Source: an uncultured Planctomycetota bacterium
GTDB taxonomy: Bacteria; Planctomycetota; Planctomycetia; Isosphaerales; Isosphaeraceae
Direction of reading: 5' to 3'
DNA: 64,000 bases
NCBI GenBank assembly: GCA_963845755.1
Contig: CAWJTV010000005.1
Span: 640,001-704,000, forward strand
The notes under the pieces are model-generated. The model was not told the DNA's origin. It did not search any database and saw only the letters and a list, made by a program, of their open reading frames with translations. Shown piece by piece: positions 45,186-56,736 of the stretch (position 1 is the stretch's first letter; each line of letters starts with the position of its first letter). A program made the translations under genes and the position numbers.

Positions 45186-48100
45186 TTACTTTCCGCGGGA
45201 CAGATCCGCCTCGATCTGCTGGAACGAATGTCGCCTCCGGAGCGAGGCCATGGCCGAATCGTTTCGCACGTAGGTGGACCAGAAGGCTCGCCGCTGATCT
45301 CCGGGGAGTAACCTCAGGGCCTGCGCGATCAGACCCAGCGCGCGCTGCTCGCCGGCTCCCGTGGACTGGGCATGAACGCGCGCGGCATTGTAGAGCAACC
45401 GCGGCGAGGTCGGACCCAGACGCAGGGCTTTCTCGGCGTCCTCGAGGGCCTCGCGGTGACGGCCCAGGCGTGCCAGCGAGAGGCCCCGGCCATTGTAAGC
45501 ATCGCTGTTCTTCGTATCGAGCTCGATCGCCAGCTCGAAGTCACGCAGGGCCAACTTCGGCGCATCAACTGTCAAGTGCATCCAACCCCGATATGCCTGG
45601 ACGATCGAGGTTGGGTGCAGTTCGAGGGCCTTGGTAAAATCCTCGATCGCTCCGGGATACTGGCCCAGCTCGGCGCGGGCCAGGCCGCGGCCGCGATAGA
45701 CCGATTCGAGCGGCTTTCCCGTCTCCAGATATCGATCGAACGCCGCGATGACGTCCTGGAACCGGCCCAGTCGGAAGAGGGCTTCCGCACGAAGGCGCTG
45801 TCCGGCGGAATGGTCCTGCTGGATCGCGAGGGCCTCGTCGATCGAGGACAGCGCCTCGGCAGGTTTCCCGCTGAGCAGTAACAGCCGCCCGCGATCGATG
45901 TGGTCGTCCACCTGGTACGGGCTGTTCGTGTCCTCGCGCTGGATCGCGCGCTCCAGGTCCGATAAGGCCAGGGCCGGTTCGCGACGTTCCTCGTGGAGTC
46001 GCGCTCGCAGTCGATAGAGGTGGGCGAGCCCGGGATCGACCTGGACCGCGCGATTCAACTGGTCGAGGGCCAGGTCCAGCTTGTCGAGCCGGCGGTACGC
46101 CTGCGCCAGGTTGACGTACGCCTGATACGCGTTCGGCTTCAGCGTGATTGCGGCTTTCAGATCCGTGACGGCGTCCGCGAACCGGCCGGTCCGAACGCGC
46201 AAGACGCCGCGATAGACGAAGAGCACGTAGCGGGCGTTGTCATCGAGGGACATCTGCGAGACCTTCGCGAAGTCGGCCTCCGCAGCGGACCACGCCTGGA
46301 GTTCCTCGTGGGCGAAGCCCCGCAGCAGGTATAGCCAGAGGAAATCGGATCGTTGCGCGAGACAGGAGCTGAGAAAGGCCCGCGCCTCGGCCGGCCGGTG
46401 CTGTCTCAGGAGGCAGAGTGCATCGAGGTACTGGGCCCAGAAATGGCCGGGCTTGCGCTCGAGCACACGATCAAACTCCTGGATCGCCTGGTCGAATTGC
46501 TCGCGACGATACAACTCATCCGCGAGCAGGAAATGATCCAGAACGCCATCTAGCGGAGCTCCCCGGGCTGCACGCTCGGCTCCGGCCGCCGCCGCCCGAT
46601 CGCCGAGCCGATTCAGGTAGCGCCGCCTGACGCAGGTGGAACGCCCGGGACGGGGCACCGAGCCGCTGAGCCTGGCGTAGGAGGTCGAGGGCCCGGCGCA
46701 GGAATCGGTCGTTCTCGGCCGGCTGCTGGCTGGTTGAGGACTGGGCTTCGGTCTCGGCGAGGATCAACAGGAGTTGATAGCAATCCGCAGTGACGTCGGC
46801 TTTTTGAGCATCGTCGAGATAGGCATCGAATTGCGGCCGGCCTCCCGAACCCTCGAGGACGTGATAAACCCCCAATGCACCGTGGACAGCGGCGCGCGCA
46901 GCCTCCAGGTTGGCGGCCAGATCCATCCCCGTATAGAGGGTGCCGAGGAACTGGGCCTCGTCCCGGCGCCTGGCGAAATCCAGGGAGCGGGCCTGAGATG
47001 CGCGGCGATCGGTCTCGATGCGCAGCTCCTGCTCCACACGGCCGAGCAGCGTTTGAGCGGACGCCTTCAAGGTGTCGAGGCGTGCCTCTGCCGCCCATGG
47101 TCGTCAGGGACTTCTCCAGGTCGATCCGCGCCGTCGACCAGTCACTCGCGGCCACGGCAACGCGGGCGCTATCGAAGAGCCTCCGCGCCTCCTGTTCCAC
47201 CAGGGTGCGATGATGCTCCATCAGAGTCTCTTGCTCGCGGCTCCGGGCCAGTCGCTCTTCGGACAAGGCCAGGTCCAGCTTGCGTTGCAAGGAGACATTG
47301 TGCCAGACGATGAACAGGGCGATGCTGAAGACAGCCAGCATGCTGACGCCCAGCAGCGCGACGATCGCCGGGCGGCGTTTGCCCCATTTCCAGGCACGCT
47401 CCCATGCCGGGGTCGGCCGGGCGAGGATCGGGTCTCCTTCCGCGAATCGGCGCAGGTCTTCTGCCAGATCCAGGGCGCTGGAAAACCGACGCGCGGCGTC
47501 CTTCTCCAGGCACTTCAAGCAGATCGTCTCCAGGTCCGGCGGGACGCGCGGCTCCAATTGTCGCGGCGGGATGGGCTCCTGCTCGAGGACCTGGCGGATG
47601 GTGTCCATCGGGTTGCCGGCCCGGAACGGCGGCCGGCCGACGAGGAGCTCGTAGAAGATCGCACCGAGCGAATAGATGTCGGCGGCCGGGCCCACCTCCC
47701 GGTTCTTTCCGCCCGCCTGCTCCGGCGCCATGTAACTGGGAGTGCCCAGGATCGTGCCGCTCCGCGTCTGACTCGAGTCGTCGTTGACTTTCTTGGCAAG
47801 TCCGAAATCCGCGATCTTGGGCACGGTGTTCCGCGACCAATGGTCGGCGGGCAGCAGATTCGAATCGGAATCCCGGCTGCGTACGATCGACGATTGGCTG
47901 CCCACTTTGGCCAGGAGGATGTTCGCCGGTTTCAAATCGCGGTGGACGATCCCGGCCTGGTGAGCCACCTGAATGGTCCGCGCCAGCGTCTCGATGAGCT
48001 GTGCGGCGACACGCGGACTTGTCGAACTTTCATTGATGCGTTGATCGAGGCTACCTCCATCCACATACTCCAACGAAAAGAAGGGGCGGCCTTCGTGTTC

Positions 48101-48814
48101 GCCGGATTCGTAGAGTTGCACGATATTGGCGTGGGGCAGCTTGGCGACCGCCTCGGCCTCGGCGCGAAACCGCGCCAGGCCGACCGCTCCCACGTGGGCG
48201 CCGGCGAGGACCATCTTCAGGGCGACCAGTCGCTTCAGGCGGCGGTGCCTTGCCTTGTAGACGACGCCCATGCCGCCCCGCCCGAGTTCCTCCAGGATGT
48301 CGTAACCGGGCACGGTGATGTTTTCCATCGTGCCGAGGCCGGTAGCCGATTCTTCCCTCGAGTCGCGAAGGCTGAACGAGGCCGATAAGTCGGATGAATC
48401 CACCTGGCTCGATTCCGCATCGGACGGAACGTAGCAGGTTTGGTTCGAGTCCTTGCCGTCGCCTTGGATCGGCTTGGGCGGCGAGGCCACGAACTGAACG
48501 GTCCGGTCGCTCTCGACGCTGTCGAGGACCGAGATCGTCATCGTGGAGAGGGTTGTCTCAGCCACGCCACCGGCTTTCCCACTAAAGAGCTCGCACGTCG
48601 CCAACGACGAGATGTCCTGGTGTGCCGGGGACATCCCCGCATCACCCAGAGTGATCCGCACGGAGTCCTCGACGTCAAGCCCCGCGGCAATCGCGCGGCA
48701 ATCCGCACATTGATCGAGATGAGCTCGCAACCTCTCGGTGTCGCGCGACGGGGCCTTCGCGCGCAGAACGCGGCGCAACTGTGCCGGTTGCGGGCAAGGG
48801 GATCGTGGGTTCAT
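45186..48814 (-). CDS. Membrane Hanks-type Ser/Thr protein kinase with N-terminal ZAS-like zinc finger and C-terminal TPR array; frameshifts ~47092 and ~46625
   Basis: HLDQCADC; LGRGGMGVVY, VALKMV, HRDLKPANILL, KIADFGLAK, GTPSYMAPEQ, DIYSLG; TM AIVALLGVSMLAVFSIALFIVW; many TPRs (AYVNLAQAY, YRGRGLARAELG, AYNGRG, LLYNAAR). Confidence 0.9.
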
Positions 48815-49246
48815 GAGATCGAGTTCCGAGCGAGGCCCTGTCCCGAAAAGGCCAGAGAGGCGCTTCCATCTTGCTTGATCGTCTCAGGGGCTCTCAATCA
48901 TATCACCGAAGGGATCCGCTCGTAGAGGTATCGGAAATGATACCCGGTGTGATGGTGAATCAACAAGAGTGCGATGTTAAACAGGCGCAACGGAGCGTGC
49001 ATCCTCGTTCGTGAGACGCTGTGAGCGCCGAAAGTGACCATTTGTGGCCGGAGATGAGGGCCGATCACGGAGCAGGCACACCAAGGACTCCCGCGATCGG
49101 AAGTCGCATCGCGGTTTGCGGCCGGCGCGGCTATACTATTTATGGTAAGGTGTCCACTCCCGACCGACCCCGCACCGACGCGCAGGATCCCGGCTCGAAT
49201 GGAGCGACGGCCCCACCGTCCTCGAAGCCCCAGGGTGAACTCATCG

Positions 49247-51549
49247 ATGGACTTGCTCGCTGATCTGACGGTTGCCCAGCGCGAGGCGGTGACGCACATC
49301 GACGGCCCGATCCTGGTCCTTGCCGGGGCCGGTTCCGGCAAGACGCGGGTCATCACCCGCCGAGTGGCCCATCTCCTCGACGCCGGCATCCCGTCGGAAT
49401 CCGTCCTCGCCCTGACATTCACCAACAAGGCGGCCGGCGAGATGCGCGAACGGATCGAGGCCCTTGTGCCACGATCGCGCGTCTGGGTCGGGACGTTCCA
49501 CGGGTTCTGCGCCGACTCCTGCGCAAATATGCCCCTCTGGTCGGCATCGAGCCGGGTTTCTCCATTTATGACCAGAACGACCGCCATCGCGCCATCAAGG
49601 ACGTTATGGAGCAGGTCGCATGGGACATTCCCGGCTGGACCCCCGAGCGCATCGAGTCGGCGATCAGCCGTGCCAAGAACGACCTCATCCATCCCGATGT
49701 GTGGAAACGGCGGGCGGCAGACCGGAAGGATGCCCAGTTGGCCTGCGTTTACCAGGCGTATGAGGCGCGACTTCGCGCGGCGTCCGCCGTCGATTTCGAC
49801 GATTTGCTCGTTCATATCGTGGCGATCCTCAAGGACCATCCGGACGTGCGGGCGGACCTCGACCGTCGCTTCAAGTATGTGCTGGTTGACGAGTATCAGG
49901 ACACCAACCTGGCCCAGTACGCCATCGTCCGCGCGTTTTCCGTGGACAACCCCCATCTCTGCGTCACGGGGGACCCCGACCAATCGATCTATGGCTGGCG
50001 CGGGGCGAACCTCTCGAACATCCTCGAGTTCGAGCGCGATTATCCCGGCTGCCGGGTCGTCACGCTCGACCGCAACTATCGCAGCACGAAGAACATCCTC
50101 AGCGTGGCCGACCACCTGATCCGCAATAACCGCCAGCGCAAGCCGAAGTCGCTCCTAACGGAAAACCCGCAGGGTTCGCCGGTCGAGTTGACCATCTATC
50201 CTCGGGAGAGCGACGAGGCCGAGGGCGTCGCCGGCAGGATCGCCGGACTGGTCCGCGAAGGCGAGTACAACCACTCCGACATCGCCGTGTTCTGCCGCAT
50301 GACCGCCCTGACTCGCCCATTCGAACAGGCCTTCAGGGCGGCCCGCATCCCCTACCAGATCGTGGGGGGCGTCGCATTCTATGAGCGGCTCGAGGTCAAG
50401 GACGTTCTGGCCTTTCTGAATTTGATGGTGAACCCGAAGGATGACCTGGCCTTCGTGCGTGTGGCGAACGTACCGCCCCGGGGCCTGGGAAAAGCCTCGA
50501 TCGACGCGCTGGTTGCCGAGGCGCGCGGTCAGGGCGTACCCCTGCTGGCAATGGCGCGCCGGGCCTGGACCATCCCCGGGCTCAAGGAGAAGGCGGCTCG
50601 CGCCTTCGACGACTTCGCCCGGCTGATCGATGAGCTGGCCGCACTGCGCGACCTGTCGGCCGAGGAAGTCATCCGCCGCCTCCTGACCCAGACGGGCTAC
50701 CGCGAGCACCTGGCGGCCGAGGCCCGCGGCAACGGAGAAGACCGTCTGGCCAACCTCGATGAACTGATCACGGCGGCCCGAGAATTCGACCAGACTCATC
50801 CCGACGCATCCATCCAGGAATTCCTGGCTGAGATCACGCTTGCTTCACCGATCGATCGATGGGATCAGGATACGGGAGCGGTCACCCTGATGACCCTTCA
50901 CGCAGCCAAGGGTCTGGAGTTTCCGGCCGTTTTTATCGTGGCGCTGGAGGAGGGACTCTTGCCGCATGCGCGCGCCAACGACCAGACCAGCGAGCTGGAG
51001 GAGGAACGACGGCTCCTGTTCGTTGGCATCACGCAAGCGCGCCGGGAACTCTTCTTGAGTCGGTGCTGCGTCCGTTCGTTTCGCGGGCAGCAGCAAGCGA
51101 CGTTCCCTTCGCGGTTTCTGGGCGAGATGCCGGAGGAGCCCATGGTCTTCCGAGACCTCTCGGGCCTGGGCCATTCGGACACTCGGTCCAGGGCCGGGAG
51201 CGGGACCGGTCTGTCCCGACGCGCCGAAATTCGACCGTCCCCACCCGGGTCGTTTCGCCTGACGACGGCCGCCGAACTGGCCGGAGCCGAGACGCCGAAT
51301 TCTCGGCCCGATGTCTTCAGTCCGCCGGATCTGGAAGCCCTCAAGCCCGGAATCTCAGTGATTCATCCCGAGTACGGGCTCGGCCGGATTGTGTCGATTG
51401 AAGGTGCGGGTCCGAACCGGAAAGGGCGCGTGGCATTTGCCGTCGGGCCGCAGCGTACTTTCGTGCTGGCCAAGGCTCCACTGCGGCCGGTGGTCAGGAC
51501 CTCACCCGATGGGCCGACGGCCCGCCGTATCCTCGATGGGCGATCTTGA
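49247..51549 (+). CDS. pcrA: ATP-dependent DNA helicase UvrD/PcrA; frameshift ~49513
   Basis: [78 protein letters not shown]-terminal HPEYGLG Tudor-like domain. Confidence 0.93.
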
Positions 51550-51588
51550 TCGCCCACGACATCGCGACCCCTCCGGAGAGCCGCCAAC

Positions 51589-52332
51589 ATGTCGCGCCTG
51601 GGTGTCAACATCGATCATATCGCCACCCTGAGGCAGGCGCGCGGCGGCCGCGAGCCGGATCCGGTCTGGTCCGCGGTGCTGGCTGAGCTTGGTGGGGCTG
51701 ATGGGATCACCGTTCATCTGCGAGAAGACCGCCGACATATTCAGGACCGGGACCTTCGTCTCCTGCGTCAGACCGTGCAGGTCGGTCTCAACCTGGAGTT
51801 GGCCGTCGCCCCGGAGATGCTCGCGATCGCACTGCAAGTGCAGCCCGACCAGGTAACATTTGTCCCTGAGCGTCGTGAAGAAGTGACTACGGAGGGTGGG
51901 CTCGATCTGGCCAGTCAGACCGCCCGAGTTGCCGATGTGGTGAAGCAATGCCGGGATTCCGGTATCGCCACGGCGCTTTTCTTGGATCCCGACCCCCGCC
52001 AAATCGAGGCGGCCCTGTCACTGGGCGTGACCGCCGTGGAACTGCACACGGGGCGCTATGCCAATGCCCTCGAAGGGCCTGCAAGGGCTCGCGAACTGGC
52101 CGTACTGCGGTCCGCTGCGGCCACTCTGGTCGCCGGGGGACTGAGGGTTCACGCCGGCCATGGCCTCAATTACCATAACGTGGGGCCCGTCGCCCGGCTT
52201 CCGCGGATGGAGGAGCTGAATATCGGGCATAGTATCATCTGTCGCGCCGTCTTCGTGGGCCTGAGCCAGGCGGTCCGGGAGATGAAAGAATGCATGAAAT
52301 CGGCCGTCGGAGATCCGCGATTACAGGAGTGA
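51589..52332 (+). CDS. pdxJ: Pyridoxine 5'-phosphate synthase
   Basis: [64 protein letters not shown]. Confidence 0.97.
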   Translation: MSRLGVNIDHIATLRQARGGREPDPVWSAVLAELGGADGITVHLREDRRHIQDRDLRLLRQTVQVGLNLELAVAPEMLAIALQVQPDQVTFVPERREEVTTEGGLDLASQTARVADVVKQCRDSGIATALFLDPDPRQIEAALSLGVTAVELHTGRYANALEGPARARELAVLRSAAATLVAGGLRVHAGHGLNYHNVGPVARLPRMEELNIGHSIICRAVFVGLSQAVREMKECMKSAVGDPRLQE

Positions 52333-52362
52333 TATCTCATGGCAAATGACTCCTAATTTGGC

Positions 52363-52405
52363 TTGACTTCCTTATCCCATGTTCGTTAACGTGATTGCTC
52401 ACATT
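52363..52405 (+). promoter_or_regulatory. Sigma70-like promoter with an overlapping palindrome upstream of dapA
   Basis: TTGACT (52363)-N18-TAACGT (52387); AACGTGATTGCTCACATT dyad (52388-52405). Confidence 0.4.
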
Positions 52406-52678
52406 GGGGGGGTCAACGATTTCCTGGGATCGAAGCGCCTGGTCGCACGAATTTTTTAGAAATTCACGCGGATCAGTCCTAATTCGCCTTCCCTTCCGGA
52501 GAGAATGACCCTAAGATTTCTCTACATTCAAACCATGGTGCTATGAGCCTTATGTCTTGGCGATCTCTAGTCGTGCGTGCTCACAGCCGTACCGATCGTC
52601 AATCGACCATAACATCGCACGAGCGAGCGTTTGTACGAGCACGACCCTCGTCGCACGGCTAACCTCCCGGGATTGCGC

Positions 52679-53578
52679 ATGCCAACCAAAGGTCGGAACT
52701 TTGCCGGATGTACCGTGGCGCTGGTGACCCCGTTTCGGGATGGTTCGGTCAACGAAGCGGGTCTGAGGCGGCAGGTGGAATGGCAAATCCAGCAGGGGAC
52801 GCCGATTCTGAGCCCGGTCGGGACGACCGGCGAATCACCGACGCTGTCGCACGAGGAACATGAGCGAGTGATCGCCGTGGTCATCGAGGCCGCGGCGGGT
52901 CGCGCGCGGGTCGTACCGGGCACGGGATCGAATGCGACATCCGAGGCAATCCGGCTGACGCGGTTTGCGGCCCGATCCGGGGCGGATGGTGCACTGATGG
53001 TGGCCCCGTATTACAATCGACCGAACCAGGAAGGGATGTACCGCCACTTCGCCGCGATCGCCGAATGCGTCGATCTGCCGATGATCCTCTACAACATCCC
53101 GGCGCGCACGGGCCGGAATGTCGAGCCGGAGACCGTAGAGCGGCTCGCAGAGCTGGGACCGATCGTGGCGGTCAAGGAAGCCTCGGGTTCGCTCGATCAG
53201 GTCAGCGAGCTCCTGGAACGTACCAACCTGACGATCCTCTCGGGAGATGACTCACTGACGCTCCCCATGCTGTCGGTGGGGGCCGAGGGAGTCGTCTCCG
53301 TCGTGGGGAACCTGGTGCCTCGCGACGTAAAGTCGCTGATCGAATCCTTCCAGGAAGGCCGGAACGCCGAGGCCCGCCGGTGGCATGCCCGGCTGGTCAC
53401 GCTCTGCCGGGATCTGATGGGCCTGGCCCCCAACCCGATCCCGGTCAAGGCGGCCCTGGCACTCCTGGGGCGCGGAACCGGCGAGGTCAGGCTGCCGCTG
53501 TGCCCGCTCGAGGAACGCTCGCTGGCGATCCTCCGCAATGCCTTGATCCGCTACGGGCTCTTGACGGGCCCGGCATAA
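52679..53578 (+). CDS. dapA: 4-hydroxy-tetrahydrodipicolinate synthase
   Basis: ALVTPF, GTTGESPTL, GTGSNAT, VAPYYNRP, LYNIPARTG, VKEASG, LSGDD, NPIPVK. Confidence 0.96.
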   Translation: MPTKGRNFAGCTVALVTPFRDGSVNEAGLRRQVEWQIQQGTPILSPVGTTGESPTLSHEEHERVIAVVIEAAAGRARVVPGTGSNATSEAIRLTRFAARSGADGALMVAPYYNRPNQEGMYRHFAAIAECVDLPMILYNIPARTGRNVEPETVERLAELGPIVAVKEASGSLDQVSELLERTNLTILSGDDSLTLPMLSVGAEGVVSVVGNLVPRDVKSLIESFQEGRNAEARRWHARLVTLCRDLMGLAPNPIPVKAALALLGRGTGEVRLPLCPLEERSLAILRNALIRYGLLTGPA

Positions 53579-54024
53579 TATTGATGACTCATACTGTCCA
53601 CACATTACTTTGAGACATCTGTATCATCGTTTTCGCTTGCCGCGGTCGTTTTTTTGACCCCGGATCGGGATGTGTCGAAATCCCGGACTCCTCGCCGCGG
53701 CGCGGCCCGAGCGAACCCGTACCTGCAACGGTTCGCACGATGATCGAGATGGACGTGCGACCGATGCGAGGCGGACTTGGTTCACTCCAAATTTGTGTAC
53801 ACGAAAGATCGAGCCTGCCTCCGTCGCGCACGTAATGTGCTCGCCCGTTTCCCGCATGCCGATGGCAAGTCTGGGTTCCCCGGGGGGACCTTCGTCGGGA
53901 TGACCGTAGGCCGGTCAGTCCCGTGCCATCCGGCTGCGGGCCGTCTCCCTGTGAGCACGGCGTGGATCGGTTCCTGAACCGGCATCGCTGAACGCTTTTT
54001 CCAGAAAGGCAAGGAATACTCCCC

Positions 54025-54438
54025 ATGGCACGCAAAGACACCAAGCGCGGCGCGGAAACCAATGGTCAGGTCGCGACGATGGGTCCGGAAGTCTCCGATC
54101 AATCCGTCCGCGAACTGGCTCAGGTCTTCAAGTTGCTGAGCGATGAGACTCGGCTGCGCATCCTCTTTTATTTGGCGTTATCGCCACATGGCGAGCTGCA
54201 CGTCACCGATCTCTGCCATCGGCTTGGACAGAGCCAGCCCGCAGTGAGCCATCACCTGGCGTTGCTCCGCGTTTCGGGTCTGATCGAGTCGCGGCGCGAG
54301 GGCAAGCACAACTTCTACTGCGTCCGTACCGACCATTTCGGCGAGCTGCTGATGAGCCTGTTTTCGGCGGCGGGCGAGGTCCCCCGGAACAAGAAGTATC
54401 GCTTCCACGATTTTACTCTGAGCTACACCGGCGACTGA
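54025..54438 (+). CDS. ArsR/SmtB-family transcriptional regulator
   Basis: FKLLSDETRLRIL..ELHVTDLC..QSQPAVSHHLALLR..RREGKHNFY. Confidence 0.92.
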   Translation: MARKDTKRGAETNGQVATMGPEVSDQSVRELAQVFKLLSDETRLRILFYLALSPHGELHVTDLCHRLGQSQPAVSHHLALLRVSGLIESRREGKHNFYCVRTDHFGELLMSLFSAAGEVPRNKKYRFHDFTLSYTGD

Positions 54439-54637
54439 TCCACGCTCCCGGACTCGGTGACCCTTCGACCGGTTCCCGGGACCGCAATCGCGCCGCGGGC
54501 CCCTCTCGACGGGCGAAACGAGATGCGTCGAGGGAGTCCGTTGCCTCCGATCGCCGAAGGGTTCTCATGAGTTGAATGCAATCGTCTGTTGTCAAACCGC
54601 AGAAGACCCCCGATGACATCCTGGGTTGATCGACAGT

Positions 54638-55804
54638 CTAGTCGATGATCTCCAGTTTGGGCATCTTGGGGGTCTTGATGTTTTGGATGCTGATCTGCGC
54701 GGCGAGTTGTTCCACGACGCCGAGCAACGCGGGACGGGATGGCGAACCGGGAAGTAGGGCTTGTGCCATCTGTCCGGCATCGCCGGTCTCCCGGAGGAAG
54801 ACGTTCAAGGGGACCTCGCCAAGGAACGGTACGCCGAGCTGTTCGGCCTTACGCCGGGCGCCGCTGCGACCGAAGATGTAGACGCGTTCGTCGCCGGGTG
54901 TGTCGAAGTAGCTCCGAGCCTCAGTGAGTTTTTGGGCCGCAGGTCCGCCGCGATCGCGCAGGTAGGCCACGACGTCGAAGTACGCCATATTCTCGATCAT
55001 GCCTAGCACAGGGACCTTGAGTTGCCGGAACATCGTAATGGCGCGGGTTGCGTCGAGCAGAGCAACTTCCTGTGGCGTGCAGACCACGACGGCCCCCGTC
55101 AACGGCAGCGACTGCGATAAGGTAAGCGGGACATCTCCCGTCCCGGGTGGCAGGTCGATGACCAGGTAGTCGAGCGGGCCCCAGTCGACCTGACGGAGGA
55201 ATTGCTGCATGATGCCGTGGAGCATGGGTCCACGCATGATCACGGCTCGTTCCGGCTCGAGCAGGAAGCCCATGGACATGAGTTTGAGGCCGTTGGTCTC
55301 GATCGGCTGGATGCGTTCACCCCTGGCCATAGGGCGGCCGTTGGCACCGACGAGGTGGGGGATCGACGGTCCGTAGACGTCGGCGTCCATGAGACCGACC
55401 CGAGCGCCGTAGGAGTGAAGGCCGAAGGCGATGGCGGCCGCCATCGTCGACTTTCCGACTCCGCCCTTGCCCGAGCCGACGGCGATCACATTCTTGATGC
55501 CGGGTATGTCGCCGGTCTCGGCGATACCCTTGCCCCGAACCTCCGCACTCATGTTGATCTGAAAGGCCCAGTCGCCGGGCAAACGCCCCTGGAGGGCGGT
55601 CCGCACATCGCGCTCGATCTGCGCTTTCAAGGGGCATGCGGGGGTGGTCAGGTTGACGGTCAGGGCCACCGTGCCGTCAGCGATCCGGATGTCCTTGATC
55701 ATCCCGAGATCGACGAGGTCGCGACCGAGGTCCGGGTCCTTGACACCCTTGAGAGCGTCGAGTACGTCCCGCTCGGTGAGCGACGTGTTGGTCTTGCCGA
55801 ACAT
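54638..55804 (-). CDS. mrp: Mrp/ApbC/NBP35-family P-loop ATPase with N-terminal DUF59 (lacks the C-terminal CxxC)
   Basis: DPDLGRDLVDLG..LTTPACP; GSGKGGVGKST, DADVYGPS, MSMGF, MRGPM, DLPPGTGD, TPQ, IENM. Confidence 0.92.
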   Translation of the reverse strand: MFGKTNTSLTERDVLDALKGVKDPDLGRDLVDLGMIKDIRIADGTVALTVNLTTPACPLKAQIERDVRTALQGRLPGDWAFQINMSAEVRGKGIAETGDIPGIKNVIAVGSGKGGVGKSTMAAAIAFGLHSYGARVGLMDADVYGPSIPHLVGANGRPMARGERIQPIETNGLKLMSMGFLLEPERAVIMRGPMLHGIMQQFLRQVDWGPLDYLVIDLPPGTGDVPLTLSQSLPLTGAVVVCTPQEVALLDATRAITMFRQLKVPVLGMIENMAYFDVVAYLRDRGGPAAQKLTEARSYFDTPGDERVYIFGRSGARRKAEQLGVPFLGEVPLNVFLRETGDAGQMAQALLPGSPSRPALLGVVEQLAAQISIQNIKTPKMPKLEIID

Positions 55805-55831
55805 AAGTCCTTATCCTTCAATTGAGTGGCA

Positions 55832-56334
55832 TCAGGGGAGCCGTGAGGTAGATCGGGCGCCGGGGATTACGTCAGGCTCGCCCAGATGGTTGGAGAGCCA
55901 GCTCCAGGGATCGGTCTCGGAATCGGGAAACGTGGTCTGGGACCAGCCGGTGCGTCCGATGTCCCGCCGGGAGATCACGACCCAACGAGAAAGAACTTCG
56001 GCAACAACCGGTGGGGGCACGAATCCCGAGAACACGTGGGTTGCGCCAGGTCGCGGGCCAGGACCGCGAAACCTTCAACGGCCTTCGAGTCGAGGACCAG
56101 GGCCCGCGCACTGGGTGCGTTGAGCGAGATCAGTCCGAGATCCCGCAACGCCGATTCGGGTTGTCGCCCAAGGTCGATCAGCACTACAGGAAAAGCCAGG
56201 CCGATGAGGAGCACTCCGAGATCTTCGGGCGAGCGTGACTCGAACCAGCGAATCGGTTGATCGTGCATCCTGGGTCGCAACTGGCGGAACCAGTCGCCCA
56301 ACCGCCCGTGGAGGATCACCGGCACGCGCGTCAA
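55832..56334 (-). CDS. Degenerate receiver (REC-like) domain protein; frameshift ~56045
   Basis: PVILHG..WFESRSPEDL..PVVLIDLG..ALVL..LARDLGATHVF alpha/beta pattern; ends 27 nt upstream of mrp. Confidence 0.55.
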
Positions 56335-56736
56335 GGTTCCGATTCTCCCACAAGACTGCAACTTCCGTCACACCGATCTCCGGTCGATCCGACCGCGGTG
56401 GGCTCGCCACCGATTCGTGGATTATAGCCAGGAAATCCCGACCGTTCGAGGGCGCTCGCGCCGCGAAACGGTTTCCAGGATCGCCCGCTCGGGGCGCGGA
56501 TGCCGGCCGATCGATGACCGGCGTAACGGGCTCCGAAGCATTCCACGCGCGCACGACCCCATTGTCTTTGGAGCGAGACCGTGCACCAAATATCGGAGAA
56601 CGACGGGCGAAGGACTCCTGATTGCGAGGGGTACTTCGTCGAGGACGGATCGCCCCGGCGGGGGTCGGGCGTGCTCGTTCGAGCCGATCTCGCAAGGATT
56701 CGGTCACACTTCGTGATTCATCTGGAGCCAGCGACC

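Noticed and set aside
52333..52678. Lysine riboswitch upstream of dapA
   Set aside because: Conserved riboswitch core elements not recognised by eye; only promoter and dyad features reported
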